DNA of 64,000 bases, taken from the NCBI RefSeq assembly GCF_009914755.1, contig NC_060926.1; one strand, written 5' to 3'. A program made the position numbers and the translations under genes. Below, in pieces: positions 1-15,681 of this stretch (positions are counted from its first letter, which is position 1; each line of letters starts with the position of its first letter). The notes beneath the pieces are model-generated. The model was not told the origin of the DNA. It made no database searches and saw only the letters and a list, made by a program, of their open reading frames with translations. The DNA is from the human T2T-CHM13v2.0 reference genome, Homo sapiens.

Positions 1-330
<330 letters not shown>

Positions 331-1274
331 TCAAAATGTAAATACGTATTCCAACCCCTTACCTCCCTCCTCACCATCATGTACTGACATGGCCAATGGC
401 CTTGCATAGCAGAAAGATGAGCTCAGCTGAAGTCTCCTTTTTTATGTCTGGGGCTTTGGAATGGCTGCTGAAGGTGAGTATGAAATTAGATTCTCTAGCT
501 TGCCTTCTGCACCTAGAAGCAGCTCAGTTCGGGTCCATGGCAGCCAGTATTCACTAGGGGAGGGAAGTGGGCCAGAGAGTGGAAAATGTCAGTGGTTCCC
601 AAACGTAGGTCAGCACCTATCGGTCATTGCTCTGATAAGCTCATAACATGGTGGTAGCAAACAATCCTGAATCGTAACACAGCAAAATGGTATTTCTCAC
701 TCAAGACTATATGACCAATAGCGTTAGCAGGGAGTGTGTGTGTGTGTGTCTTGCTCATTGTAGTTTCCTGGGTACTGAGGCTGAAACAATATGTCAAAGG
801 TAAGTAAATCAGGGCTTCAGGTACATCAAAGATAAGTACATCAGGGGAAGAGGCTGGGAAGAACTACTTACTGGCTTTGAAGCCTCTGCCTGAAAGTAAC
901 ACATGTTACTTCTGCCTACATTTCAGTGGTTATAGCAAGTCACATGGTCATGCTTGCCTTCAAAAGAGGCAGGAAACTGCAATCCTACCACAAGATTAGA
1001 GCAGAGAAATGGAACATTTGTGATCTCTCTGAGAACCTCCACAGACCTCAAGATTCGGATTCATTAGATTTTCCCCAAGTCATTCTAAGTCTCTCCTACA
1101 TTTGGAAACCTCTGATCTACCCAGTTCATCTTTGGAGGAACTTCTTAGCTGAGATTTGAGTCCTTTGTTGGTTTCTTGGCAAGGCATCCTAAGTATTGAG
1201 TATAGATTTGCATTCAGAAGATATTCAATGAACCATTTTTCTCAGTAACTCACCCACTCTTCAACAGGAAACCA

Positions 1275-1907
1275 AATGCAAAGTAACTGTGTTTTTTATT
1301 TCTATGAACAATAAAATACTTTCATAATTTCACATCCCATTGCTTTTAAGAGCACATATATTACAAATAAAGGAACTCCACAAACTTTAAAGATTAGTAT
1401 TTATCAACGCTTTTGTACACATACACAAATATTTTAATATAATGGTATCTGAAATGTTATTCATATATTTTTAGTACTGTCATAGTATTAACTAAAAAGG
1501 ATCTTTTAAATTTGGTAAAAACCGTATATTTTACAATCTTTTATTTACATCTGAAATATGCTTAAATGTTACAAAAACATTCACTTTAACCTTTAAAATA
1601 TGTGTACTAGGACTGGGGTACTGACCATACAATAACTGACAGCAAACTTAGGGTTTGCATTTGAGCTACACATTCACTGGAATTTCATGGCAAATATTCA
1701 ACTTGGCTTGATCAACACTGCTCAAAGAAAAAAAAATTATACAAAATGTGCAAATTCAGAGGTTGGCAAAATTCTGAAGCTAGCGAGGTAAACAAAAATA
1801 TTAACACCATGAAAACTTCAAATAAATTAAACCTATCTTTCTCTTCCCCGAGATTAGCTGCAAATTCAGAAAGTTCTCTTAGAGGTGGGTCTGATGCTGC
1901 AGAGCCC
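1275..1907 (-). other. DOCK10: DOCK10 3'UTR (AU-rich, ~0.63 kb; 3' end approximate)
   Basis: Repeat-free AT-rich stretch between the stop codon and the AATAAA; contains TGTAAATA (Pumilio element) at 1542-1549. Confidence 0.8.
1295..1300 (-). terminator. Polyadenylation signal AATAAA (distal)
   Basis: tttatt on + strand; followed on the minus strand by T/GT-rich ctttgcatttggtttcctgttg. Confidence 0.75.
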
Positions 1908-2024
1908 TCAGACTTCAGCACTAGATGAGATGGAGACCGTGGGTAGGGCCGGAGTTGCTTTGCTAATTACTCGAGTGCAGGTTTGGTCCACTCCGCGCTT
2001 TGACAGGTCGTCCCTGCCCGTAAT
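1908..2024 (-). CDS. DOCK10: DOCK10 last coding exon (~56), CDS part
   Basis: ttttaag|ATT...GTC TGA; ITGRDDLSKRGVDQTCTRVISKATPALPTVSISSSAEV*, recognised as the DOCK10 C-terminus. Confidence 0.96.
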   Translation of the reverse strand: MTGRDDLSKRGVDQTCTRVISKATPALPTVSISSSAEV

Positions 2025-3359
2025 CTTAAAACAGGGAAAAACACAACACAACAGAATGCAGAGGTTAATGTTAATATCCCAAACACAAAATTAAAACCCA
2101 GAATAGAGGTTTTCATTCCCCACAGGGTAATTTATTCAAATTATAAAAAGACACATATTAAAGTGGATCTAAAGAATTTTCCCCCAAGACCACGTGCTAG
2201 CTTTAACTTTTGGTGAAAGTTAAAATATTTTCACAATCCTCTTCTGCTATCTGACATAAATTTATAAATGTTTGGATGAAACTTACAAATATATCTGAGT
2301 AATTCCAGGATTTTATTCTATTCTAAAAGTTTATAATTTATATTGTCAGCATCTGCCAAAAAAGGGAAACATTAGAAATTTTATTTAAATGTTTGCATAA
2401 AAGGAAATATAGTAAAAAAGTCTTGACCTGATTTTAATCTTGAAAATAATGTTAGTGTGCCTAAAAAATACTTTATCAGATTGATTCAAACAATGACGTG
2501 TAAGCATAATAACAACAGAAACTCCAGACACTTTTAAAATATATTTTTGTACAGAAGAGATTTCTGTACAAAGAATTGTGAAGATTTTCCCACTAACTTC
2601 ACACATTATCCCACTGTGCCATGACCTTCATCTCTACTCTTCCAAGATAGAATCGCTACTTCTGTAAGTGCCCCAAAGAGCACTCAGCTGAGAGCATCCT
2701 ATACTACCAATAAATTCTCCTTATGATCAATATCACAAAGCTCTGAATAATCTGGCTGATGATGTGTTCAAAGAGTAGACTCCAGGTGCAGTATACCTAT
2801 GCTTGGTATCACACCAGATTGGGTCCATTCCTTTCTCTGCATTTTGTATTGGATACCCATCATCACAGTTGACTTCACTATGCTGTTATTCTTACTGAAT
2901 GTTGAAACAGACTCCAAATGGGCATCTTATACTGATGCTTAAACTGAATGCTTATATGCATTACTTTGGCTTCAAAGAAGGCTTTTATGTTTTTTGCTAT
3001 TTATTATAAACAGTATGGAATTTTGGCACCTATAAAAGCAATTATTGCCTGCTGGTCAGTGACAACTCAAACTACTTTACCTCAACATCTCCATTTTACA
3101 CAGTAGCATCCACTTTATCTTGTCTTGTCTCGTTCCTTATACTGAAGGTTCCTTCATTAACTAGATGTCTTCAAAATACTCCTCTAGCTAATACTTTTCT
3201 AGACACTTTTGGAGTGAATTGCATATGTAGCTGAAACAGCAGAAGGACGAACATAACTACATTTTTTAGTTTTAATCATGGGGCCTTTACCCATTCCTGA
3301 ATGTAGGCTGGGATCACTTTGGAGCACTGATATAATCTGAAAAAACAGCAATCATGTAG

Positions 3360-4034
<675 letters not shown>

Positions 4035-4083
4035 ACATAATTAATTCTATTTTTCTATTTCCTTTTTATATTTTGATGTGTAG

Positions 4084-4400
<317 letters not shown>

Positions 4401-5056
4401 TGTTTCTATTTTTAAGTGTTCAATAGAATTTTTTTCCTTTGTTGTAATTTTGTATGTACCTGTTTTCAGAATATGTGCATGAATAGATAGGTATGTGAAG
4501 GTATTCCTATAGATGGAGACCTAGGTGACAAATCCCCATTGAAGTTCAGAACCAGGAGAAGGTGTATATTTCCTGTGGACAGATCTTTTTATAGATCTAT
4601 TTCTATAACAAGGCCTGTGCAATCCATCAGTTTCTTTTCTTTGTGTCAGTTTCCATGAGGCATAGAGTCAAGTTTTGCTTCTTTTAGCAAAGGTTTCCTG
4701 GAAAAGAGATGATTTTTCTCTCCCCTTAATCACCTAGTCCTTGTCTTTATATTTTTGTTTTAGCAGTTTTAGGTACAGCATATCTTTGTTTTGGAAACAA
4801 ATCAGCTCAAATATACTTTAGAAGTTGGAGTATGAGTTTTCATTTTAAAAGCTGTGTTGTTAACTTCAGTTTAAATCATGAGGCTTTTCCCCCCATTGAC
4901 CTACCTTGAAATGGAAATGGAGTTGTTCTAATTAAATAAAAACTTAGAGAGCACTAGCTACTAGGGAGGTGACTAGAGAGACTGAATGGCTAGGAAGAGA
5001 GGGGTACACCAGAAGGCCACAGAGGACAGAGTAGACATAAAGAAAGAAAAACATAC

Positions 5057-5132
5057 CACTTTTGCTTACAGTACTGAGGGAAATACTAGACACAGAGGAA
5101 CAGAAGCTGTATAAACACGGACCTCGACAGAG
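5057..5132 (-). CDS. DOCK10: Candidate alternative 76-nt frameshifting penultimate exon of DOCK10
   Basis: cttttctcttttttcctggcag|CTC TGT CGA...AAA AGT G|gtatgt; LCRGPCLYSFCSSVSSISLSTVSKS; shifts the last exon into DYGQGRPVKARSGPNLHSSN*. Confidence 0.75.
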
Positions 5133-6395
5133 CTGCCAGGAAAAAAGAGAAAAGCATTTTTGTCCAAAGTTTCTAGGTCAGATGTGATTTACAGTTGGAG
5201 ACAAGCATTCCTTCACCACCTTCCCGAACTTTCAGATCCATCATTTGTTCTTTTTATTTCACTCCCAGATTTATGATTTTCCCCATTCTATCAAGTCATC
5301 TCTCCTGAGTACTTAATTCCTGTCACCCCTCAAATAGCCTAAACCAATACTACCTCCACGAGGAATCCTATCTACGGCAATTCATTTTCTCCAATATAAC
5401 TCGGTCAACCATTTCTTTCTCTAGCTACAATGGAGAGTTAAAAATCAGGATGGAAGAAGATGGAAAAACCGAAAAGAAGCAAGATGGGAAATGCAATTAG
5501 AAAAAACAGATTCATACAACACACTTCATGGTTTGTGAGTCGTATTAACAGTGCCAGGCCATTTAAGGAAAACAAAGGAAATGCATATTCAGTGGGTGGC
5601 TACCATGTATGAAGCACTACTGGGAGACTAATTCAAGTTCTGCTCCTCAGTTTTTCTGTAGAGAACACATCTAACTCCTGGAGGGGAGCACGGGTGATGA
5701 GATGTCCAGGTAGAGTGTGGGGGTATGGATTCTAGGAAGTAGGCCAGGAAGCAACACTTGGCTTTCAACCAGTTGATTTTTAGCCACCCAAAAAGTACTG
5801 AGATGACTGAATGCCCACATTTTGTGTGCAGCCTTGCAGAACATGCTGTACACATCCCAGACGTCACGGATGACTTGCTTGTGGGGTGGGTGGTTGAGTT
5901 TTATCTGAATTCTGCACATCTGCAGGAGGCCCAGCCTCCATAAAGGCAGTCTTGGTGGTAAACAGCCATGACTAGTCTTAGGGTTCATCGTGAGTATAGT
6001 GTAGAGACCCCCTCAACTGTGGACTCCACATCATGGCCTCAGGGTTGTGAGGTCCTCAACTAGGGATGGCGGAGGGTGGCAGCAAACCCTCATGGGAATG
6101 CCACCCAGTGTTCCTCAGCATTTAATGGGACTCACATAGTCTAGAAAACCCAGGGTTCATGTGGACTGTGGAAAGTATCTAGGTTCTCATAATCTTTTTC
6201 TACAGAGTTTCCCCCAGCCTGATCTCTGCTTTGGGGCACGAGGTGGTGTGCACGGGAGAGAGAACAGATCAGCAACATGGTGCTGATGCAGTGATTTCTG
6301 CAGCAAGAAAAGGGCCTCTTTCCTGTCCTTCTGGCATTGGGAGCGAAAGGGACTTTCTGTCCACTGATAGCGCGTGTGCACCAAGGAGCGCTCAC

Positions 6396-6534
6396 CTGCT
6401 CATTCATGACTGTGGAGAGTTCGCTGAGCATGTCCTTGTAGTGGGACCTCAGTTCTTCCTGGTACTCCAGCTGGTCCTCTTTGATGAGGCGCTCATTCAC
6501 GTCAAGGGCCTGCCCACATGCATCTGCAAATTGC
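6396..6534 (-). CDS. DOCK10: DOCK10 coding exon (~55)
   Basis: ctaaag|G CAA...CAG|gtgag; 139 nt; (R)QFADACGQALDVNERLIKEDQLEYQEELRSHYKDMLSELSTVMNEQ. Confidence 0.96.
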
Positions 6535-6729
6535 CTTTAGCGACAGCATTAAACAAATTAAAAACCAGCCCTCGGAAGTGGCATTGAGCTCAGTGACTGT
6601 GAGTTCAGAGTCAGGCTGCTGATGGACTCTGCCACCTCAGTGAGTTTTGGTGTGATGGATTCTTGGGGGATTGAGGACTCCCTGTCTCAGGAAGTTCAAG
6701 GAAGAACATCCCAACAGCGAGAAGCTTAC

Positions 6730-6830
6730 CTGAAGATCTCCTTCAAAAGCTTTACTTGGTTGTCAGGGTACTTCTTTGCATTGGTTTCTTCAAGAAAAGC
6801 TCGTGCATAGGCCATTGGCCCAGCATTAAC
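6730..6830 (-). CDS. DOCK10: DOCK10 coding exon (~54), starts with the DHR2 nucleotide-sensor Val (VNAGP)
   Basis: caacag|GTT...TTC AG|gtaag; 101 nt; [33 protein letters not shown]. Confidence 0.96.
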
Positions 6831-7112
6831 CTGTTGAGAAGAAAATTGGTGAAGGATGATCTACCTTCTGCATGGAGTCTTTTCCACCGCTGGAAGAGGA
6901 GCAACTGTGCACCAATGGTGTGGTACCCCCATCTCACACCCTGCCTTCTAGTCCACTCATTTGTATACCTGACTTAGCTGCTGTCCTCCAACTTGTCAAT
7001 AGAGCATGAGTCTGAGCTCCACCTTTCACTAACAAACTTCCCAAATTTCAGTCCTTTGCCAACCCCTTCACATTTTTTTTTTTTGTCATATCTGTACGTT
7101 GCTTGAACTACT

Positions 7113-7425
7113 ATTTTTTTCTTTCTTTTTTTCTTTGTTAGAGACAGGGTCTCACTCTGTTGCCCAGGCTAGAGTGCAGTGGCATGATCACTGCAGCTTC
7201 AAACTATTGGGCTCAAGTAATCCTCTCGCCTCAGCCTCTCAAGTAGCTGGGACCACAGGTGTTTACTACCATGCCTGGCTAATTTTTTAAAGAAAGTTTT
7301 TGTAGAGACGGGGGAAGGGGGGCGGTCTCACTACATTGTCCCGGCTAGTCTGGAACTCTTGGCCTCAAGCAATCCATCTGTCTTGGCCTCCCGAAGTGCT
7401 GGGATTACAGGCATGAACCACCCAC
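7113..7425 (-). mobile_element. Alu (AluJ-like)
   Basis: Reverse, diverged Alu. Confidence 0.9.
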
Positions 7426-7962
7426 GGAATCTGCTGTTTTCTTAACAGCTTTTAAAACTAGACTCACTTCTATTAATTCCAATATATTTATTTAAATTTA
7501 ACATTTGTGAAATCAAATGTTTGAAGTGCTAGTTTTTCTTTTCTATTAACACTCAAATAAACACATACTATTATGAAGGGATAATCCACAGTGGTAGTGG
7601 TGTGGGCACTGCCCTAGAATCAGTGTTTCACTGGGTTCCATTTGATGGTCTGGCTTAGATTCTGGCTCAAGGAGGCATTTATCAGATTTGCTGAATGAAT
7701 GCACAGTGCTGGGTTCAATTCATGCTCATGCCCATGGATGGCCTCACTTGTGCAGGAGTTCATATCCCTTAGTGCATAGAAGCCTTTAATGTGGCTGTCA
7801 GGCTTGGGAAGGAAAAAGGTAAAAGAAGAAGGAAGCTGACTTCAGGGGCCTGTGACCAGCAGGCATGGCCAGTGTGGCAGATGCAGTCACTGGTACTGGG
7901 TGTACCATCTTTTGCTTCTCCAGATCAAATCTCCACTTCCCTTCACTCAGCTATGTGCCTAG

Positions 7963-8451
<489 letters not shown>

Positions 8452-9341
8452 TGATCTTCCTTTATTTTAAAATTTAATACTTTATTCCTTACAAATACTT
8501 AGCATCAATTTATTAATATAATAAATAAAAATTAATGCCTTATTCCTGAGTTGCTTGGAGCTCCCTTTAATTTTGTGCCCAAGGTGAGTGCCTTACTCAC
8601 CTCACCTGCCTGGCCCTGGTCAGAGTACTAAGCCCCAGGGCGTCCTCCTTGCAGAAGCCTCCCTATCGCTAGCTGAAGTCACTCCTGTCTACTTGTCTGT
8701 CATCAGATGGACCTCTCAGCTCCCCTGTCTGCTTCCACTAACCCTCCTCTCCTTGCATCTTCAGGTCTAGGGTGGTCACACCGCCTGAGTGCTGCCAGCC
8801 CCTGTGCCAGCCCTTTCTGGCTTTCCCAAATGCTGCACACACTTTTGGGAACAGTTTATTTACTCTATCCTCCTCAATCACTCACTGAGCATGCCATCTG
8901 CTTCCTGTCACAACTCTGCCAGACAGATAAACATGCATGCACCTTTTATGAACTAGTAATCATTCTTTTTTGGATTTGTTTCAAAACAATTTTTTAAGGC
9001 TCTTAATGACAGATATGTACAAGAATGTGGTGTTTCTTCATTAGTTAATTCATTTGTTAGTATACAGATATAGAACACAGTTATCCATAGAAGATGGGAT
9101 AGCAAGGTGGAGGAAGAATACATTTTATTTCAGCTAAACTTAAGAAAGGCCTATCTACAGGTGTTGAGTAACATTAATGCACATTGACAACTAGAAGCCA
9201 TTTTAAAGACCCAGATAAAGGTGTTCTATTCTCACAAAAGGGAAAATGTTTCTTATATTCTTTGTAAACAAAGTTCTCAGGGCATTTTACACCTGGTTTC
9301 ATTGGCCATGTGCATCTCAGCCCTGGGCAATGCTTACTCAC

Positions 9342-9532
9342 CTTCACGCTGACACTTCCTTGCAGTTTGAGCTGCAGTCTGATCATGTCCACTTCTTCCA
9401 TTGTGCAAAGCTGATTAAGCTCAGAAACCTTCTTGGACATCTCGTCAATTGCCACTTCAATTGGATTCAGTTCTGTGCTCGATTGGCTAATTACTTGTAT
9501 TCTCTTCTTCACGTAGGGGAACAGGTGACTCG
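9342..9532 (-). CDS. DOCK10: DOCK10 coding exon (~53), DHR2 lobe B/C
   Basis: tacag|CG AGT...AAG|gtgagt; 191 nt; (T)SHLFPYVKKRIQV...ELNPIEVAIDEM...LQLKLQGSVSVK. Confidence 0.97.
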
Positions 9533-9802
9533 CTGTACAAAAGCCATACAAAGGGATTTCAAGGTTGAGGATTAGTGAAGAGTCAAGGGTTTCCCTGAAG
9601 GACCAGAGGATCATGTATCATTTCACGGCACATGGCACCTTCCATTCTGCATGCTTTTCATGCATGGGAGTTACTTTTTCTGCTAGGTGCCATCCTCTCT
9701 AATACCTCTTAGCTTGTGCCCAAGCTCCTTTGACCTGTGTGCCCTTCTGCCTTCACTGCTAACAGGCCCTCATTCTCAGGGCTGTTTTAGGCCTTTAGAA
9801 TT

Positions 9803-10113
<311 letters not shown>

Positions 10114-11089
10114 AGCCTTTAGAATTTCTAAACACTGAAAAGATTAAAGCTTCCACAGCAACTTGTAATTCAAATAAAAACTACACTAACCCACAATACA
10201 GAATGCCTAAATATATACCAAGTAGTATATATTGATATAGCTTTGTTGTGGCTTTTTTATTTCAAAAGTTTTGGATACATTTACTGAAGGCAGACGCTTG
10301 TCACAGTTTAGACATCAGTGCTACTGATAGGCTGTAGCCTATTCCAGGATGGCCCAGCTCTCAAAGCGGGTTACTGATCATTTCCTCCAGAATGCCCTTG
10401 CTCACCTCCCCTGCAGCCAGCCTTAGGAGCCCCCACTGGGTGCTCTTGTTTCATTTCTCCTGCTCCGCTCATCTGAAATTCTTGCCTTACTTGGCTCTTT
10501 CTCCTACCAGACTGTGAGCACCTTGAGGGCAAGAATCATGTTTCATTTGCATTACCAGTACCCAGAACAGTGCCCAGCCCCTAGCAGGGCCTCACTAAAA
10601 GTGTGTTGAGGAAATGAAAGGATGACTAGCTCACAGCATAGATCTAGAGAGCACATCGAGGGATATTGGAGACCGACATCTGCATTCGTTTTACAGATGA
10701 AGAATATGAATCCCAGAGTGGTTTAGAATCTTTCCCCAAAGCACACGATAAGAGCTGTTAACCCTGAAACAATTGAAGGTAGACTCAGAGAGGAAAGTTC
10801 AGAGTGCCTTGTGCCTTTCCCAAGGCACTGACCCCATCACCCTTCACACTTACAACCTTAAGGGAATAGGTATGCAAAGCAACTCTTTTGACAATTTCTC
10901 CTCTGGTTGACTTCTGTTAATGGAGAATAAAGAGATGGAAATCTCTTCTTGGCAAACATTTCCCAGTTAGCACATGTTGGGTACTTCTCTGCAGGACTGA
11001 AATAACTCTTGATTCCTACTGATCCAGCCCTATAAAGGGGCCTGTGCTGGAACAGGTGCCACATGTGTGGCCCGGCTACCTGCACCTAC

Positions 11090-11300
11090 TTGTCAGGATC
11101 GTCCGCCGCTTGCACTGCTCCGCCACCCCACCGTGCTTCTTGCCCGACAGCGTGAAGGGTGTCTCGAAGACAAAGCGGTTGATGTTGTGGTGCATTTCGA
11201 AATCTGTCTTCCGGTCTTCGATTTCCTTTTCCTCAAAGAACGGCGTCACATAGGTCACCTGGATGTAGGCATATTTGGGGTCCAAATCCTTGGGGTTTAC
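11090..11300 (-). CDS. DOCK10: DOCK10 coding exon (~52)
   Basis: cacag|GTA...ACA A|gtagg; 211 nt; [22 protein letters not shown]...[28 protein letters not shown]. Confidence 0.97.
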
Positions 11301-11574
11301 CTGTGTTAACAGATTATGGGCAAAGTGAGTGGTGTGCCCTGGAGCGCTCTGAAAGCGGGAAGCTCCCATTCCCTCAGCTTGCATCCAGAGGAGGCTGTGC
11401 CTCTCCCCTTGGAGAAAAATGGGCAGTCACATCATTTCAGAGCTGGGCAGGATCACAGAGAGAGTAAAGGCTGGACTGCAGCTGAGCAGCCAGGTCTGTA
11501 GGGGTGGAATTAGAGCCAGCATACCAAGTAGGTGAGGCTCTTCCAGATGTGCCTGGCTGTGGCATGTTATTTAG

Positions 11575-11959
<385 letters not shown>

Positions 11960-13423
11960 CTAGAATGCAAGCTTCTTGAGAGTAATTCAAATGAAAACTT
12001 TTAAAAAATATCTTTTGGTCCCTCTATGATTTTACCCATGTATCTAGACTGAGGCCACTGGCTTTGGGCTTGTGCCGAGGAGGGAGATTCCTTGTTTAAT
12101 TTAGCAGATTAGCTGATAAGCCTATTACATGATTGCAAAATTTTATAGTTTTAAGGTCAGGTTCCTTCTCTTATCTGTAACAAGTCATCCCATGCATTTT
12201 TTTTTTTTTTTAAACAAACTGCTTTGGTGAGTGAGTTTGACAAATAGCAAGGAAGACAGGCTGGGGGTACTAAGAAAATCCAGGAAATTGCACTTGCTCT
12301 CCCTTGGAGTTGGAAGAGCTGGAGTTCTCAGCTTTTCTAATGAAACCTCAAAGAATTTTAAAACTTCTTCCAATTTTCTCCATCTGTCTACCCATCCACT
12401 GCCTATCCAGTCCCAGAGATTTGAGGGACCTCCTGAATTTATTTTGTAATGCTACTACTAATTACACTGTAAGGCGGGTATAATTGTAACCATTTTACAT
12501 CAAAAATAGAGGTTTCGAGTGACCAGCTAATTTCTCTAAGATCATCAGCTGATAAGTGGTGGGATGGTGGAATGAATTCTTAAGTTGTTCTGATACCAAA
12601 TTTGGCATTTTCTCATCCCCCCACGCTGCCCCAGGAACTCTGTGTATACTTTCTACCTAGGAGAGCCACTAATAAAGTAGTTCCAGCTGCCTGCCTTCCT
12701 GGGGAAGGTGACTATAGCTAAGAAGGAGAATGATGAACACATTCACAGAAATTTCTGCCCAGACTCAAGGATTTCATGCCCAGATGCCTCCAAACTTGAG
12801 CTTGTAAAAGAGGACAGAAAAAAAAAAAAAGAACTCTTCTGTAGCCCAATAGAACTGTATGCCATTGGGCACAAACCACCTTTTCCAGCTGCATCTTCTG
12901 CCACACTCTTCTATCCAAACTGTGTTTCAAAGACCTGCCATTCTCTAAACATATCTCCCTCTTTCATTCCTCCCCATCATTGCATGTGCTGGGCTTCTCA
13001 GCATGCCCTTTGCTTCCAGAAAACTAACTCAAACATCATCCCTTCTATGTAATGCTGCCCAACTAAGAATGAGCTGTTAAGGAAGGTCCCTGCCCTGAGC
13101 TTTCCTTGTACAACTTGGACTTTGACTCTCTGGTGACACTTTATTGTAATCTATTTAATTGGCTGTTTGCACAGGTCCTTCTCTTCTTAGCCCCATGTGA
13201 ACTGTGAGCTCCAGAAGGAAAAGACCCTGTGCGCCTCATCTCTCAGTTCTGGGCTTGGCATTCAGCAGGCATTTGATAGAGGTTGGCTAACTGAACGACA
13301 GTGTGTAAGAAGATGCTGAGTAATCTAAAAGAAGAGGTAAGTATTTGCTTTCTGGAGCCAAGAGGAAGGTAACTGAATGTTCAAAGGTTAATGTAATGTA
13401 ATGTAATGTAAAGTATGGCGTAG

Positions 13424-13973
13424 TGTGATGGTTAATATTAAATGTCAACCTGATTGGATTGAAGGATGCAAAGTATTGTTCCTGGGTGTGTCCGTGAGGG
13501 TGTCGCTAAAGGAGATTAACATTTGAGTCAGTGAACTGGGAGAGGCAGACCTGCCCTCAATCTGGGTTGGCACCATCAAATCAGCTGCCAGTACAGCTAG
13601 GATAAAAGTAGGCAGAGGAATGTGGAAGGATTAGACTGGCTAAGACCCTGGCCTCCATCTTTCTCCTGTGCTGGATGCCTCCTGCCTTCTAACATCAGAC
13701 TCCAAGTTCTTCAGCTTTTGGACTCTTGGACTTACACGAGTGATCTGCCAGGGGCTCTTGGGCCTTCAGTCACAGATTGAAGGCTGCACTGTCAACTTCC
13801 CTACTTTTGATGTTTTGGGACACAAAACTGGTTTCCTTGCTCCTCAGCTTGCAGACAGCCTATTGTGGGACTCCACCCTGTGATCGTGTGAGTCAATACT
13901 CCTTAATAAACTCCCTTTCATATATACATCTATTCTGTTAGTCCTGTTCCTCTAGAGAACCCTGACTAATACG
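13424..13973 (+). mobile_element. ERVL solo LTR, MLT2A-type
   Basis: tgtgatggttaatattaaatgtcaacctgattggattgaagg...cctctagagaaccctgactaatac; ~550 bp; AATAAA near the 3' end. Confidence 0.85.
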
Positions 13974-14322
13974 CCTGGGAAGACTTCCTTAACTGAATAA
14001 ATATTTTCAACTTGCTGTTTTCTCCAATTCCACCACTGAGCCCAATTACTTTCAGGCTTTGATTGCTATTCAAATGCAAATAACCAATGGAGACGTAGAG
14101 AATTTACTAAGCTCTTTTTAAAAGTTACCCAAATAAACACATATAATGTTTTTGACCCTCCTCCCCTCAAATTACCAACCAACAGGCAAACAAGCAAAAC
14201 ATCTAAAATCGTTTTTGTAGTTTACTTTGCATCGTCAGGCAGAAAATGAAAACTTAATGTAGTTAAAGAATAAAAAACTCAGTCAATTCTTAGCACTTGC
14301 ATGAATACTGATTTTCCTCTAC

Positions 14323-14469
14323 CTTGTTGGAATCCTGGATTATCTTCACATTGTCTGCTCCAAATTTATCTGCATAGAGCTTGAGTAATCTTTGGGAAAT
14401 CTCGGACAGACCTGTCAGCTTAGGCTCTTTATAAATATACTCTTTACCTTCTTCTTCTTCAAAAAAGCC
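14323..14469 (-). CDS. DOCK10: DOCK10 coding exon (~51), DHR2 lobe B
   Basis: ccatag|GGC...AAG|gtaga; 147 nt; [49 protein letters not shown]. Confidence 0.97.
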
Positions 14470-15288
14470 CTATGGAACATAATGAACCACCAATTTTATT
14501 AGACAATGCTAATCATAAATCAAAAGCAAAACAAAAAGCCATTTACTTAAAAAACATATACAGTTTTTGGTTGTCATCTAATCCATTGGTTAACACCCTA
14601 TAAAATTCAAAATCGGAGAAGAAAACACAGTGAGAAAATAAAGTATCATCTTATAATCAGACATTAATGTAAATATTTCCTAGCCAGGCCAAAGAAACTC
14701 ATGAAATATCTTACAAATATTATTTTCTCTATTTGTAGAACTCAATGGTACTACCTACTTGCATATATTTTGGGGGAAGAATGCCCTCTTGTGGCAGCTT
14801 GGGGTAGAACACGAAATATGGAGCAATTTTTGGCAGCATTCAAAGAGCAGTCAGTATCATTTTTAATAAGATCTCCTGTAAGTCTTTGAAACTAACATAA
14901 GAAATGGTGTATGGCATGTAAAGCTATTTAAATGGGCTGACGTGCATCCCACATAATCTTAGATGAAAAACCACAACACTTTATGTAGTTGTCGTAACAG
15001 AAATTACATGTGTTATGCTCCCAAGTACTGCTATTTAAAAAATAACTTTACATCAACATGACTTCAGGGACCTCCTGAAACTTACCTATATGTAACTTAA
15101 TCATGCAATTCACCTTACTAAGAGATCTTTTACATTCTTGAAAAGGAAGACATTATAGGATTAAAAATAGCAATCATATCATCATTTTTATTCCACAAGA
15201 GCAAGTAGGTTTTAGCCTCTATTAATTTATTTGTCTGGTTTGAAGCAGGGGGAAGGGAAGATTCTATTAGCTGCAGATAACTAAGTGA

Positions 15289-15681
<393 letters not shown>

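Noticed and set aside
6141-6395. Open frame continuing ~84 codons past the exon ~55 donor
   Set aside because: The donor is strong (CAG|gtgagc), the peptide is unrecognisable and no nearby polyA signal was seen; consistent with chance.
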